NCBI RefSeq assembly: GCF_000143415.4 | Contig: NW_003314300.1 | Location: forward strand, 1,595,014-1,659,013 | Source: Selaginella moellendorffii | Lineage: Eukaryota; Plantae; Lycopodiophyta | DNA length: 64,000 nt | Direction of reading: 5' to 3' | In this document: positions 24,614 to 37,283 of the stretch, piece by piece | Numbering within the stretch: position 1 is the stretch's first letter | Layout: every line of letters starts with the position of its first letter | Notes under the pieces: model-generated | Database searches by the model: none | What the model saw: the letters and a program-made list of their open reading frames with translations, nothing else | Told to the model about the DNA's origin: nothing | Made by a program: the position numbers and the translations under genes

Positions 24614-26440
24614 GACTGCACGAAAGCTGCGAAAAGCTTAGAATCAAGGAGTGAGCCTCGGAACTTTCTTCTAGCGGACGAGAAGTGATAGACTACGGGA
24701 GAAACTAATCTTTGAGGTAGCCTTCGCCTATACACAGTACAGGTTCTCTTGGTTTTTTCGCTGATTCTATGTGTTTCTTGACCAGGATTGACGAATTTCA
24801 AGGTACTCTATGACACAATGAGTGTGGTGATGAGTTTGCTCGAGCGTGGAAGCAGTTTGTAAAAAGCAGGCAAGGACAAGCTAGCAGGACTCTCTTTCTC
24901 TCTTGCTCGACTCACACGCTCGCTCAGTGTTGTAGGAAGAAGCGGAAGACTGGACGCTTTATACTGAGGCTGGGAATCGGGACCACCTATCACAGGATGT
25001 TGATCCCGAGGTAATTGGAGCTTTGTTTATGTTCTTTTCCAGATCACGATAATTATCAGGCTGATGACTTTGTTTTCTTAGATGCCGAGCTGTTCAATCA
25101 TATCGCACCGAAATCCTTGACTGTGGGATAATCAGATCACACCTACAAAAAGCTTTAATTTGGTAAGCGTTCGTTTTCATTGAAAGCTTTTTGTCTTAGT
25201 TTCTTTCTCTGTGATCGACACTGGGACGAAAGGATTCGTTGGTCCTCTGGCGCTGGAGCTCAAACTTTTGCCATGGACGAATCCAGAGAAGGAGAAATCT
25301 ATAAAACGATCGAATTTGTAGTCAATTTCAAGCACTTCCATTCTTTCTGCTCTCCAGGCACGTGTGAAAGTTCTTGCTTTTGGTTCTCGACTTTCGGACC
25401 CACAGCGCAAAAACGTTCATTCGTGGCTGCTATCTCGCGCAGAAAGAAAACGTCCTAAACAAAAAGTCCTAGGCGAAAAGTTGGCATTTAGTTCCACAAG
25501 CCCTAAACCATAAAACCTCGCAAGAAAGTCACTTAAGAGAGAAAAACTGGAAGCATTCATTGGGAGCCAAATCTCTTTGGATCTTGGGCGTGATCATCTT
25601 ATCTTGAGGAATCTTGAGGAACACTACAGTGGAATTGTCTCTTGGGATCCAAAGGGTTCTTCGCAAGCCAAGTCGTGAGCTTAAAATATGGAAGAGCCCA
25701 GCTCGTGAATCCACGATCGAGATTCCAGAGCGGCTTACGACGGAAAGCCTGTCCATGGATTTGGGGACATCCAATGCGTTTTCCGGATCATTTTAATCTT
25801 CTCTGTTCCAGAGAAACAATCTAAGCGACGACAAATGTATAGTAGTTTTGTCTTGATGGAATGGGTTTTGATGATGTATATATACCGTTTCCAAGCAAGC
25901 CATGCCAAACTCTCCCCGATTGAAACTCACCACCTCTCGGGATTGTTTGGAGAGCGCTTTCTTTTCTGGTTAAGCCATCAAAACTTGGCTTGTCTCCCTC
26001 GCTCAAAAGGACCCCACTCGAATAAAAGGAACTCTAAACTTCCTCTTAGTTCGTGCGGTCTCGTCGTCGATATATCATTTCTCCAACTCGAGAGTTCATG
26101 ATCGATAATCAATGGCTCCAACATCACAAGCACACAGGCTAATCATCGCCCAGGGAATGATTATCGAGCAAAAAATGAATTTTGAGACCGGAATTCTTTT
26201 AGCAAAGCGATGCATTTTTAGTGGAGGGACTCTCTTCCTTCCGTTCCAACTAGGGCACTTAAAAAGCTTTTGCTGTTCTCCGGATCTCCACTCTCCATAT
26301 ATTTCTCTCGATCGAGGCTTTGCATCTTTTTTCTAGATTTTGATCCAATCGAGCTAGAAATCTGAGAGAGAGAGGGAGAAAGCATCAAATTGTGTAACTT
26401 TCTTGAGTAGAAGTTTGCTTCTTTCATTCATTTGGATGCG

Positions 26441-27908
26441 ATGGGAAGAGCTAGCAAGTGGCTCTCGCTGGTCAGGAAAGCCAAGGCTTTTGTTTCACTC
26501 AAGGGGCTCAAAGGATTCAAGAAGAAACTGGGCGATACAAATGGAATCCTCCTGGTAAGCTTTCTTTCGAGTCAGTCGTAGTCATTCTTCTTGATGATCT
26601 ACTACTGGTTGATAGGTTCACGAAAAGAAGAAAGAGCTGAATTCCAATGGTAAGATTTTGGAAGAGAAAAACGAGGTCCAGCAAGAAGCTGTAACAGAGG
26701 AATGTGTTACAGTGCCACCATCAAATTCTCCTCCTCCCAATTCTCGCGAGAATTCTCCCGAGAATTTAGAAGAGAATGTGGCTGACTCCATTCCAACGCC
26801 GGAGAAATCCCAGGAGGAACTGGCAGCAGTGAAGATTCAAGCAACATTTCGTGGGGTCGCAGTAAGAAAATTCGTATCAAAATGAGATTTTTATCAGTGA
26901 ATCTTTGTACCAGGCGAGGAAGAAAGTGAAGGCGATGAAAGCCCTGCAGAGGCTCCAATCCATGCTGCATGGAAAGGCGGCGAGCAAGCAGACCTCTCAC
27001 GCAATGCGATGCATCCAATCCTTCGCGAAGATGCAATCCCAGGTACGATTGGAGCGAGCCAGATTCCGAAACCACCCTGGCGAGCAAAAAGAAGACCAAG
27101 ACAAACAAGAGGTGACGTTTTCTACCTCGAAAGAAAGAGATTTTGGGCAAAGATATCACAAGATCTCTGGATGAACAGGAAGAACAAGTTGGCGATTGGG
27201 ACGACAGCATCCTGTCCAAGGATCAAATCCGCGCAAAGATTCAAAACAAGAACGCAGCAGCAGCGAAACGCGAGCGCACTCTGGCCTATGCCTTCTCACA
27301 CCAGGTAAGAAACAAGAAAGAATCCAATTTTATTCCCTTGGAACCACACTGCCTTGTAGCTATGGAGGTCGTATCCCAAAGACGCATCACCGCCGAGTTC
27401 TAGCAGTGACGACGATGACAAGCCTGTGTGGAGTTGGAGCTGGCTGGAACAGTGGATGACTTCCAGATCCTGGGAGAGTTTGGAGGAACCCAAGCCAGGG
27501 AGTAATTCTCCTGCGAGGCTACCGGCAGTGATCCAAAGCCCCGGGAGAAGTAAGCAGCAAGTTCCAGCTTCTTACAAGAAGATCGTCGCCGACATCCAGC
27601 CAAAGTTCGCTCCGGGATCGCCAAACACGAGGTTTGGAGTCCAAGCCCAGCGGAAGTTCTCGTCGATCTCGTCGCCCAGCAGGATCCAAGCCCAGGCGAA
27701 ATCTGCCAAGGTTCACAATGATAGCAGCGAGGAGAAATCCATAGCGAGCATCAAACCTGGCAGCGTGAAGCACGAGTCTGCTGCTCCAGAGGGGATCTCT
27801 TCTCCGGTGGATACCAGGAAGATGAATCGACCGCTGCTGGGCAAGACAAATGGAAGTATAGGGAGCAGTCCTGGACGATCGCCAAGAGTTGGCAAAAGGA
27901 TTCCATAG
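26441..27908 (+). CDS. IQ67-domain (IQD) calmodulin-binding protein
   Basis: MGRASKWLSLV start; AAVKIQATFRG|ARK..ALQRLQSMLHG split by the typical IQ67 intron; WDDS, KRERTLAYAFSHQ, WSWSWLEQWM motifs. Confidence 0.9.
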
Positions 27909-28224
27909 CTCTCTAAAAGCGGGAGATTTAAAAATTTGAAAATCTTAAAGCACACCCACCGGTGAATCTGTGACATAAGCTTGGATGACACGAACCAAAA
28001 ACTTCTTTCTCGGCAACCAAAAAACTTCTTTCTCAGCGGCTGCATTCTAGGTGCATGGACAAATCACAACATCTCTGATCACAAAATCTGCGACGGTACA
28101 ACCAAATTAGCACCAGAAACAAGAAGAAGAGCCAACCGTACCAGTTCATATGAAAATCCATCTCAACTCTCCATTGATTTCCCGGAACCCCTCGGAATGG
28201 AAAACACAAGAAGTCAGCTTAGAA

Positions 28225-30134
28225 TCATATCGCTGCGGAAGAGCCATTGGCAAATCTACAATCACATGTGCATACATTCCGGCCTCCATCCACTAGGCGT
28301 TGTGCTCGTCGGATGTGCAGCCTTATCGACTGCAGCTTTCCCGCGACCTGAATGGAAAAGCCTCAAACACCGACAGTGCAAGAAATTTTGCGTACCGCCT
28401 GCCAAGTTAGATCTTCGGGACCAAGTTGCTGAGCAGGGCTCGAGTACTGGAAATGTCTCGAAAACTGCAAATAGTATCCATAACGAAGATGTGAAGATAT
28501 ACCATATTCAACATACCTCTAACATATGACTCCGTAGCATTGACAACTGTCGAGCAGTAATGGCTCGCAGGTAAGAAACCAGCCATCCCTTTTCAGTTGT
28601 TTTCACCGATGGAACAAACAGAGCAACCTGGAAAGGAAGATTGTTCTCAGCAGCGAAGAAAAGGCTTTGAGGTTGATTTACCTTGCGATAATCAACAAGC
28701 CCTTCGAAAGGTGGTTCGAGCTCGTCACTGACAATCACAGGAATGCAGCCACTTACTATCGCATCGAAGAGCCGTGCAGATGAAGGCGTGTCACCAGCGG
28801 GGCTTAAGCAGAAAATGGAGCTGTCCACGGTTGTAAAGGTTAGAGGATCGAACAGAGGAAGGAGAAAATACCTCCGCATCCCCTTTTGAGTCGCCCGTCT
28901 TCCAGCCTCACCTATTGATCCTTCTTCAATGATAACTCCAGCTTCGTTCTGAAGAGCTGCTGCAAGTTTACTTCGAATCTTTCCACCCTGCAGCAAGCAA
29001 ACAGCTTCAAGGACTTAGCATTCAGCAAGGCATGGGAAAAAAACTCGGCGTACCGCATTGCGCTTTGTCCGACCTCGAAAGAACAACAATGTATGCCTCT
29101 GACTCCAAGAAGTCTCTAGGCAATATGCATCGCAGGCATCGACATTGGGAACATAAGGAAGTACAATATCTTTGGCGAGGGAGACTTCTCCCGGCTTATA
29201 CCTGCAAGAAAACACGAGGTTACCAAATCAAAACTTCGCTACTCGTCACAACTCACCAGTTTCCAGTGGAATCCAGGTCTGGCAGAAGCCAGATAGCCGT
29301 TTTCATAAACCGGCGAACCGATTTAAATGACCACGGATGGTGAACTGGAAGAACATGGTCTCGTCCACCCGACCTTTTCCAAGCCGCTTGATTTGTAACC
29401 CAGCTCAAAGCTTCCTGTGAGGAACATATCAGGACAACGTACTCAAAAAAGAATGTAGAGAGTACGCACACCCTATAAAGCTGCTTGCACTGTTGCTTCT
29501 CCATGAGAAAATAGCTGATAGTCGTGAAGAAAGGGATGTAGAAAATGTCTGCTTCAGTGGGATTGAGAACTCGCTTCACAGATTTTAGAAGGCGCTGGGA
29601 CTCGGGTGCTAGCAAGTCGGCATAGAGCCAGTAGTCTATGGAGTGCTGTAAAAGAAAAGAAAGAGAAAACGAAAGAGTAAAGATGCTTGGAGGCAAAACA
29701 AAGAAGAAACAAACCTGTTCGATCAATCGATGAACTGGGCTTCCATTCGACGTCAAATTCGCAGTCTCCTTGTATGTATCGCGAAACAATCGCAGGAGTT
29801 GGAGTGTAAACTTCTCAGGCATGTCATACACATAAACTCGAAGAACCTGCGAGGATCTTGCTCGATCTTCCATACCCCTGTCCAGATCCTCGGCGCTTCC
29901 AGTCCAAGGGACGGACAGCCGCGACCTAGCGCCCAATCCGCGCTCCAGAAACCGATCCAGGGAGCTCAGGAACGAGCGATCCGGAGCCGAGCCTGGAATC
30001 ACAGCGGCGTCCATCGGCGGCCGGTACGCGGAGAAGACCGACGAGAGGGCCGTGACAATGCAGGCGATTGCGACGATCGCGACGAGCAATGTAGGGATTG
30101 CGCCTACCTGTTTGATCCCGTGCGCTCTTCCCAT
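28225..30134 (-). CDS. Exostosin family (GT47) glycosyltransferase, ARAD1-like
   Basis: N-terminal TM; LRVYVYDMP, EQHSIDYWL, ADIFYIPFF, WKRSGGRDH, FCLSPAGDTPSSARLFDAIVSGCIPVIVSD; final exon ends VCTCDCRFANGSSAAI*. Confidence 0.93.
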
Positions 30135-30389
30135 ATTTCTAGGGTTTATTGAGAATCTAAGCAATATTTCTAGGATATTCCTTAACGTGATTAACTTAAA
30201 CCGAGGGAACCTTTAATATTATTTAGCTGAGAAATGTGTATATGAATGAATCATAACTTGTCCACATTGGCAAACAAGTTGACAACTAATGATGTAAGTG
30301 ATCTTTCCAACTTGAGTGTTGCTAGAAAAATCTTCACCACTTTAGATAGTGCAATCAATCTTAATGCTGGCAGTGCAAAAGGTATTGTT

Positions 30390-31023
30390 ATGAATAGCTA
30401 GTGCTTGATTTGGGTCCTTGCGGTATACAAGAGATGAAGGCGGACTGGGTTATGCTGGAGAAATCTAAATCAACACTACAGGTGCTTGAGTTGTCTGCTT
30501 CTTTGTGGACAATTATAAGCAAGTTTCCAAAGCTCTCTCGCACATCAGACCGAGAGACGCCACTTTTGGAGATGCTCTTCTGCATCTTGCTCATTTCTAA
30601 AGCCTCGGGGAAGTCTCTCTCAAGTACCTGAAAGACTTCAGCTGTCAAGGGGATACAGAGGTTGCTGACAGCTGCGCCATTCCTCGAAGTTCTTGAATCA
30701 GAAAACTGTAAGCTGGTGGATTCGCAGCAGAGGCCACTCACCGTATCAGGGTTGCAACTTGAAACAGCTTGTGCTGGAGGTAAACCAGTGTGAATTGGAA
30801 TTGAAGTTGGTTGCCACAAGCCGGAGCATATGGAGATTTTGGGAAACAATGTATGGATTTCAAGGGATCACGTTTACATTTTCTACAAAACATCATATTT
30901 GGCCCGCTGGTTGGATTGAATAACGATCAGTTCTCCTACCTCATGTCGACTTGCATGCAGCTGACTCCACATCTGGCTACAGCCGCCTCTGATTGTGAAG
31001 AGCTTCTCGATAAATGCAAATAG
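30390..31023 (+). pseudogene. Fragmented ORF remnant, possibly an F-box/LRR-type gene
   Basis: Short broken frames with LRR-like phrases (STLQVLELSA, KFPKL, CNLKQLVLEV); no intact model. Confidence 0.3.
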
Positions 31024-31207
31024 TAGAGGTTGATTTACCTTGCGATCATCACAGCTCGTCAGTCACAATCACAGAAATGCAGCTATGGCATCGAAGAGCC
31101 ACTAGAAAGAAGCATTCTTGAGCTAAACGAAGAAAAAAAGATGGAGTGAGAGGAGGTGAAGAGTAAGAAATCTTCCATTTCTTTATTCGAGTTTTTAGGA
31201 ACTTCAT

Positions 31208-32990
31208 TTAAAGCTTTGAGCGAGCGTCAGAAGCGGCGAGAGCGATCAGATCCTTTCGCAAGATCTTCCCGGAGGGCAATTTCGGTATGGCATCCAAGAA
31301 CTCTATGCGGTGGATCCTCTTGTGCGGCGCTACCTGCAAAGATCGATCTCAGGGTAGGCATTCTCTCTTTTCTCTTTACCTGTTCGGCCACAAATTTCAT
31401 GGCATCGCTCTTGGACAGAGATTCTCCAGCTGCGCGGACAATGTAGGCCATCGGGATCTCTCCAGCGTCTTCGTCAGGGTACCTGGAAGAAAAACTTAGC
31501 GAGTGATGGATCGATTGAAAGAGAGGAACTTACGGGATCACGCCCGCGTCTACGATGGCTGGATGAGTGAGAAGGACTGCTTCCAGCTCCGCGGGAGCTA
31601 CCTGGTAACCTTTATACTTGATGAGCTCTTTGAGACGATCGACCACGAACAGGCACCCGTTACTATCGAAGAACACAATGTCACCGGTGTGGAGCCATCC
31701 ATCTTTGTCGATGGTGTGGAGCGTGGCGGCCGGGTTATTCAGGTAGCCTTGCATGATACACGGCCCTCGAAGCAGGAGCTCGCCCCTGAAGTTCGGTGGA
31801 AGCGGCTTACCGGTGGTGAGATCGACAACTTTGGCTTCGTGGTTTGCAGAAAGCTTCCCAGATGATCCCGGTGGTCCTTCTCCAAACGCTCCCATTCCAG
31901 TGGTTTCAGTCATGCCGAATCCCTGGAGCCAAAGAAACTTTGATGAGAACTTCTCTCCAGCGGAAACTTCTACGTGTACCTGGAAGAAGTCTTGGATGTG
32001 GGGGAATTTGGTAAGGAACGCCTCCTGGATTTCTTTTTTAAGTGGTGCGGCACCGCATCGTGCTGCTGTCACTGAGCTTAGATCGTATTTTGCAGATGCT
32101 GGGTTCTTCATAAGCGCAACTACAATGGGAGGAACCAGCGGCAAAGTCGTGATCTTGAAGCGCTGGATCGCTTCAAGCATGGCAACCAAGTCGAACTTTT
32201 TGAGCACTATCAAGGTCGAGGCTTTGCGGATCACGAGACAGGCAGAAACAACGAGTCCAGCGACGTGAAAGAGTGGAAGCAACGCAATGGAGACGGAGGG
32301 CTTCTCTTGCTCGGAGAGAATGGTCACGGATGCGATGAGATTCCCGTGAGACAGTATGACGCCTTTGGACGGCCCTGTGGTTCCGGAGGAGTAGAGCAGT
32401 GCCGCCGGGTCGCTGAGACGAATCCTTACCAGGTTCTCCGGAGCCGTGCCGCTCTTGAACTCCAGGAGTTTCCGAAACGGCAAGAACCTGGATCCGTGGC
32501 AACTGGTCTCTCCATCGACTAAGACAATGACAGAGAGCCTGGTTGGATCGCCCAACTTTGCTGCTAGCTCCGGTGACGTGACCGCAAACTTTGCTCCTGA
32601 ATCTCTGAGCTGACGATCTATCTCTCCCGCGGTGTTGGCAGGATTCACAGTCGTCACCACTGCCCCAATGGACAGGGCAGCGTGGAAGATCACTGGAAAA
32701 TGTACAGTGTTCGCGAGGAGCACCAAGACTACATCTCCTTGAGCAACACCAGCGAGCGACCACAGCCCGCCCGCGACAGCCTCCACTCGCTCGCGAAACT
32801 CCCGGCAGCTGATAAAACTCCCAGACGAGGAGTCGACAATCAGTGGCTTGGAAGAATTGGAGGGGTGTCCAACAGGACCGGAGAAGAGAAACGCAGCGAA
32901 ACTCTGGTGTGGATGAGCAGGCAGGCTGATTGCTGCTCGAGAGCTGCGATAGACGCCTTCGTCCTCCTGGTAGCCGCTCGAATCCGCCAT
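31208..32990 (-). CDS. 4-coumarate-CoA ligase-like acyl-CoA synthetase, peroxisomal (C-terminal SKL)
   Basis: [14 protein letters not shown]-binding motif, [51 protein letters not shown]...ARSKL* (stop 31208-31210). Confidence 0.93.
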
Positions 32991-32993
32991 AGC

Positions 32994-32994
32994 T

Positions 32995-33026
<32 letters not shown>
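32994..33026. repeat. (GCAA)n microsatellite immediately upstream of the 4CL-like ATG
   Basis: About 8 tandem GCAA units. Confidence 0.9.
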
Positions 33027-33463
33027 CTAAGGTGAAATACCCCCATCGAGCTACAGTAGAAGCGGTAAACCATTTTTACCTTTTTAACAATCTGTCACAA
33101 TTTTCAAATCATCACGATTTTAAGTAGATAGGTAGCTGTGAAGCAGAGAAGTCTTTGCACTGGTCATTCGTCAAATGGATTATGATTCGACACTGTTAAT
33201 TTGGAAGAGTTGGCAAGATTGCACTACCTACATTAGAATCAAGCAAACACGATCTTATAATAAATCTAAATTTTATTTTAATAGGATAGAAAAAGTGCTT
33301 ACGACTCACAAATGTAATAGGAAGATAGTATAAAGAGAATTATTCATTTTTATGTACTTTTTCCTCATTTTGCGCAACTTAGAATATTCAACAAGTGGCA
33401 TATAAGAGTCTTTAGCATATGCCCATTCTGGGCATACGTAAAGACCATTAGCGCCATCACTGA

Positions 33464-33538
33464 GTTCCCGTAGCTCAGCTGGTTGAGAGCGTTGGTCTTA
33501 TGAGCCGAAGGTGGCGGGTTCGAACCCCGCCGGGATAG
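33464..33538 (+). tRNA. trnI-UAU: tRNA-Ile(UAU), with mismatched acceptor-stem terminus
   Basis: Cloverleaf GTTCCCG-TA-GCTC..GAGC-G-TTGGT-CT[TAT]GA-GCCGA-AGGTG-GCGGG-TTCGAAC-CCCGC-CGGGATA; T-run terminator at 33540. Confidence 0.85.
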
Positions 33539-33792
33539 GTTTTCATATAGCTGTATGTTTTTCATAGTTTTCTATATGCAAAGATGGGTCCCTTGTCCAC
33601 AAAAGTAGTTGTGACTTTCTGGACCACTTGGCCTACATTTGGGAGAGCTTGTGTGTTCTTCCCACCAATATATATTCCAATATTTCTACCTTGTTCTCTT
33701 CTTCTTTTATGTGGGAAGAAACCAGTTAGCTTTGACCATTTTCTTCTCCTCATTCTTTCCTCCCATTTTGCACGAGCTCTAACTGGATCGCC

Positions 33793-34578
33793 ATGGTTTT
33801 GAAGCAGCAAGGATCTGGCGAGGAGGGCGATGGATCGCGCTTGAAGCAGCATCGCAAGATCAGCAAGTTCCGGGGCGTGAGGAAGCGGTCGTGGGGGCGA
33901 TGGGTGTCGGAGATCCGCGAGCCGCACACGCAGACGCGGGTGTGGCTGGGGAGCTTTGCAACGCCGGAGATGGCAGCGCGAGCCTACGACGTTGGCCTTC
34001 TCTATCTCCGCGGCCCCTCCGCGGTGCTCAACTTCCCCGACTCGCCATCGCGCCTGCCTTGCCTCTCGCGGATCACTGTCAAATCCATCCAGGCCGCTGC
34101 CGCCATCGCTGCAAACGCCATGGCAATCTCGAGCACCGGCAATCCTCCTGCAGCGAACGATCCTACGAGCGCTGCAGCTCCAAGTTATAGCACTGGCCAT
34201 GGATCATCACTCGTCGAGCATTGCGATGGCAAGCCATTGTCTCTCTTCGAGCAGATCGAGCAAGACTCGAGCAAGGAAATCAGCGCCACCGACACTCCCA
34301 GCACCGACAACACGGACATCTCAAGCGATCGTCCGAGTGAGAGTATGAGTGTGAGCTGTGTAGATCCGAGGGAAGAACGCTCGATCCACGATGATCATGT
34401 CGTGATCATCGATCAAGAGGTTACGGTTGAACAGCCAATGCCAGGCTTCCCACTGGATGATTGCATGGCCCTCCTGGACGACGCCCCGCTCGAATCCTTC
34501 CCGTGCATCGCCGCGGCCATTGAAGATCACGACGAGGATCCATTCGACGAGCCGATTCTTTGGCCTCACATTTCGTGA
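33793..34578 (+). CDS. AP2/ERF transcription factor, DREB subfamily
   Basis: Single exon; [35 protein letters not shown]...LNFP with V14/E19; acidic C-terminus ending LW. Confidence 0.93.
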   Translation: MVLKQQGSGEEGDGSRLKQHRKISKFRGVRKRSWGRWVSEIREPHTQTRVWLGSFATPEMAARAYDVGLLYLRGPSAVLNFPDSPSRLPCLSRITVKSIQAAAAIAANAMAISSTGNPPAANDPTSAAAPSYSTGHGSSLVEHCDGKPLSLFEQIEQDSSKEISATDTPSTDNTDISSDRPSESMSVSCVDPREERSIHDDHVVIIDQEVTVEQPMPGFPLDDCMALLDDAPLESFPCIAAAIEDHDEDPFDEPILWPHIS

Positions 34579-34833
34579 CCGATCCTTGCATGTACAGAAG
34601 AAAAAAAGACTAAGTGAAGAAAAAAAAGAGCTTTCTATGATTCCTTGAAAGCGAACCAAGTTCTAATCTTTTGATAACTCACCGAATCTTCCCCCCTGAC
34701 CTCGGATGTGAACGAAATCTTGACGATCCCCGCCGCAAAAGCCACGTTGACTAACGCGAAATGGTCGGTGCCAGAAAAGTCAACCCACTTCACGATCAAA
34801 GACATTCAAAGCTCTTGCAACTTGGTTCATAGC

Positions 34834-36885
34834 ATGAGATTTGTGTCTAGAAGGCATGGATTAGATCGAGCGAGACAAAGCACCGACAAGAGCAAATCGC
34901 TACACACGGCAGCGGCAAGAGTATTACAAGTAGATCAAGCAAATGGAGCCGTGGAAGAAGAAGAAGGAGAAGATTATGATGCGAGCAAGCTCGATCGAAT
35001 CCAGCACTGGAGGAGGCCGCGCAACATTCCCATCTGGGCGATCCACTGCTGCAAGGCCATGTCCGCGAATGCCGAAACCGACCACCCACACGAGATCCGC
35101 GCCGCTTTCGACCGATCCAAGCCCCGGACTCTCGTCACCTGGAACACGCTCCTCACGATCTACTCCCAGTCCGGTGATCTCTCGCGAGCCACTCAGGTCT
35201 TCGACGCAATGCCCGGGAGGAGCAGCGCGTCGTGGAAAGAGCTCTTCCTCCGGTATGCCCAGTTCGGGCATATCAATCCAAGCAAGGAATTCTTTGATAG
35301 AATGCCCGGGAGGGATCTCGTAGTGTGGACAAGCTTTCTAAATCTCTTTGCGAGAACTGGCGAGCTAAACCACTCTAAAGAATTGCTTTTCAGGATGCCT
35401 CAACATGATCGAGTGTCGTGGACTACTATGCTTCGAGGATATGCCCAATGTGGGCAAATGCTAAATGCTAAACAAATGTTTGATTCTATGGAAGAACGAA
35501 GCTTTTTCTCCTGGACGGACATGGTATCCGGCTATGCAAGAATGGAAGAATTTGACAACGCTAAATCTCTGTTTGATCAAATGCCTAGCCACGATTTAAT
35601 CACTTGTACCGCTATAATACCAGCAATTGCCAACTATGGGCAAATTGGTGACATTAAGTTCTTTTACGACTCTGTGCCCGAGAAAGATCTCGTGCTATCG
35701 ACCGCGTTGGTGGGAGCTTTCGTGCAAATCGGGAATCTGGTAGAGGCCCGAGGTGTGTTTGAGACGATGGCGACGAGGAACCTGGTTTCGTGGACAACGG
35801 TAGTGTCAGGCTATGCCCAGTATGGATTCATAGACGAGGCCGAGAGGATGTTTTCCCGGATGCCTGAGTGGAATCTCGTGTCCTGGACCGCGATGATTGA
35901 TGGGCTGATGGAAAACGGGGGCCTGGGCCCAGCGAAGCTTCTCTTTGATCGAATGCCGCAGAGAAACATCGTTGCCTACACCGCTCTTGTCACGGGATTC
36001 ATCCGGAATGCGCAGCTCGATCTGGCAAAGGAGCTCTTCGATCGAACCCCGCAGTGGGATCTCGTGATCTGGGCTTCGATCGCCGCCTCCTATGCCCAGC
36101 ACGGGCATGTCGACCACGCGATGGCGATCCACCAGCAAATGCCCGCAAGGGACGTGATAGTGTGGAATCTGCTCGTCGCGATGCTCGGCCAGGCCGGGAG
36201 AATGGAGGACGCGCTCAAGATCCAGCACCAGATGCCGAAATGGAACGTTTTCACCTGGAACGCGATCCTCTCCGGCTACGCGATCAATGGCGATATCCAC
36301 TCGGCTCAGCGATCGTTTGACAGCATCCCGGAGGAGATCGTGAACTGCCAGTGCTGGACGAGTTTGATGCACGCTTACGCTCGCAATGGCCGCGTGATCG
36401 AGGCTCGAGCTGTGCTCGCCGCAATGCCCACGAGAGATCTTGCGGCCTGGAACTTGATGATGGAAACATATGCCCAAACGGGGCATTACAAGGAAGCTAT
36501 CCATCTCTTCCACGAGGCCACGCTCGATGGCGGAGTGAGAATCGATCTCGTCTCATTCATCACCATCCTGTCGGCTTGCAGCCATCTTGGGAAGATCCAA
36601 ATCGCCCGCGATCAATTCGTGTCTATGATCGCCGACTATGGCATTGTCCCAATCCGGGATCACTACTCGTGCGTGGCGGACGCTCTCGCGAGATCTGGGA
36701 GGCTTTGCGACGCTGAAAGTTTGCTCGAGACGATGCCTTTCGTGCCCGAGTCATCCGCGTGGGCGAGCTTGCTGTCGGCGTGCCGTGTCTACCGAGACAA
36801 AGATCGTGGAGCTCGAGCAGCCGCGCAAGCCGTGGAGGTCAATCCCCAAGCTTCGGCTTCGTATCTTCTCTTCTCGCACTGCTAG
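34834..36885 (+). CDS. PLS-class PPR protein ending within the E domain (no DYW)
   Basis: Intronless ORF with many ~31-aa 'LFDRMP.RDLVSWT' repeats; ILSACSH, HYSCVADALARSG, WASLLSAC. First ATG at 34834. Confidence 0.88.
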   Translation: MRFVSRRHGLDRARQSTDKSKSLHTAAARVLQVDQANGAVEEEEGEDYDASKLDRIQHWRRPRNIPIWAIHCCKAMSANAETDHPHEIRAAFDRSKPRTLVTWNTLLTIYSQSGDLSRATQVFDAMPGRSSASWKELFLRYAQFGHINPSKEFFDRMPGRDLVVWTSFLNLFARTGELNHSKELLFRMPQHDRVSWTTMLRGYAQCGQMLNAKQMFDSMEERSFFSWTDMVSGYARMEEFDNAKSLFDQMPSHDLITCTAIIPAIANYGQIGDIKFFYDSVPEKDLVLSTALVGAFVQIGNLVEARGVFETMATRNLVSWTTVVSGYAQYGFIDEAERMFSRMPEWNLVSWTAMIDGLMENGGLGPAKLLFDRMPQRNIVAYTALVTGFIRNAQLDLAKELFDRTPQWDLVIWASIAASYAQHGHVDHAMAIHQQMPARDVIVWNLLVAMLGQAGRMEDALKIQHQMPKWNVFTWNAILSGYAINGDIHSAQRSFDSIPEEIVNCQCWTSLMHAYARNGRVIEARAVLAAMPTRDLAAWNLMMETYAQTGHYKEAIHLFHEATLDGGVRIDLVSFITILSACSHLGKIQIARDQFVSMIADYGIVPIRDHYSCVADALARSGRLCDAESLLETMPFVPESSAWASLLSACRVYRDKDRGARAAAQAVEVNPQASASYLLFSHC

Positions 36886-36965
36886 CTTGACTTTGTACTT
36901 GCGCACGTTGTAAATTTGTATACGTAAAGGTGGTAGGGACGTTTTCCTTGACTGAAGGTCTTGAT

Positions 36966-37175
36966 TTCACGTGAAAACTATAGTATCGTTCTGTCTAACA
37001 TAACGAAAACCTTGTCGAATCTACAAAAAAATATCGGAAAAGCCATGACAATCTTGAGAAAACCACGTGAAAACTATAGCATTGTTCTTTCTAACATACA
37101 TTTTCAACGATCGAACAGCAAAACCTTGTCGAATCTACAAAAGAATCTCAAAAAGACCATCGTGAAAACTCTACC
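36966..37175. repeat. Imperfect ~100-bp tandem duplication between convergent genes
   Basis: CACGTGAAAACTATAG..TCTAACATA..AAAACCTTGTCGAATCTACAAAA occurs at ~36968 and ~37064, with a partial third unit. Confidence 0.7.
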
Positions 37176-37283
37176 ATACACTTTGAAAACGTAGTATTAT
37201 TCTTTCTAGCCTACATTTTCAACAATTGTACAGCAAACCTTGTCAAATATACAAAACAATCTCGAGAAAACGAACGTTTTCGA

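Noticed and set aside
24620-26430. Short ORFs between NPF and IQD
   Set aside because: No motifs or coding signal; ordinary divergent promoter/UTR region.
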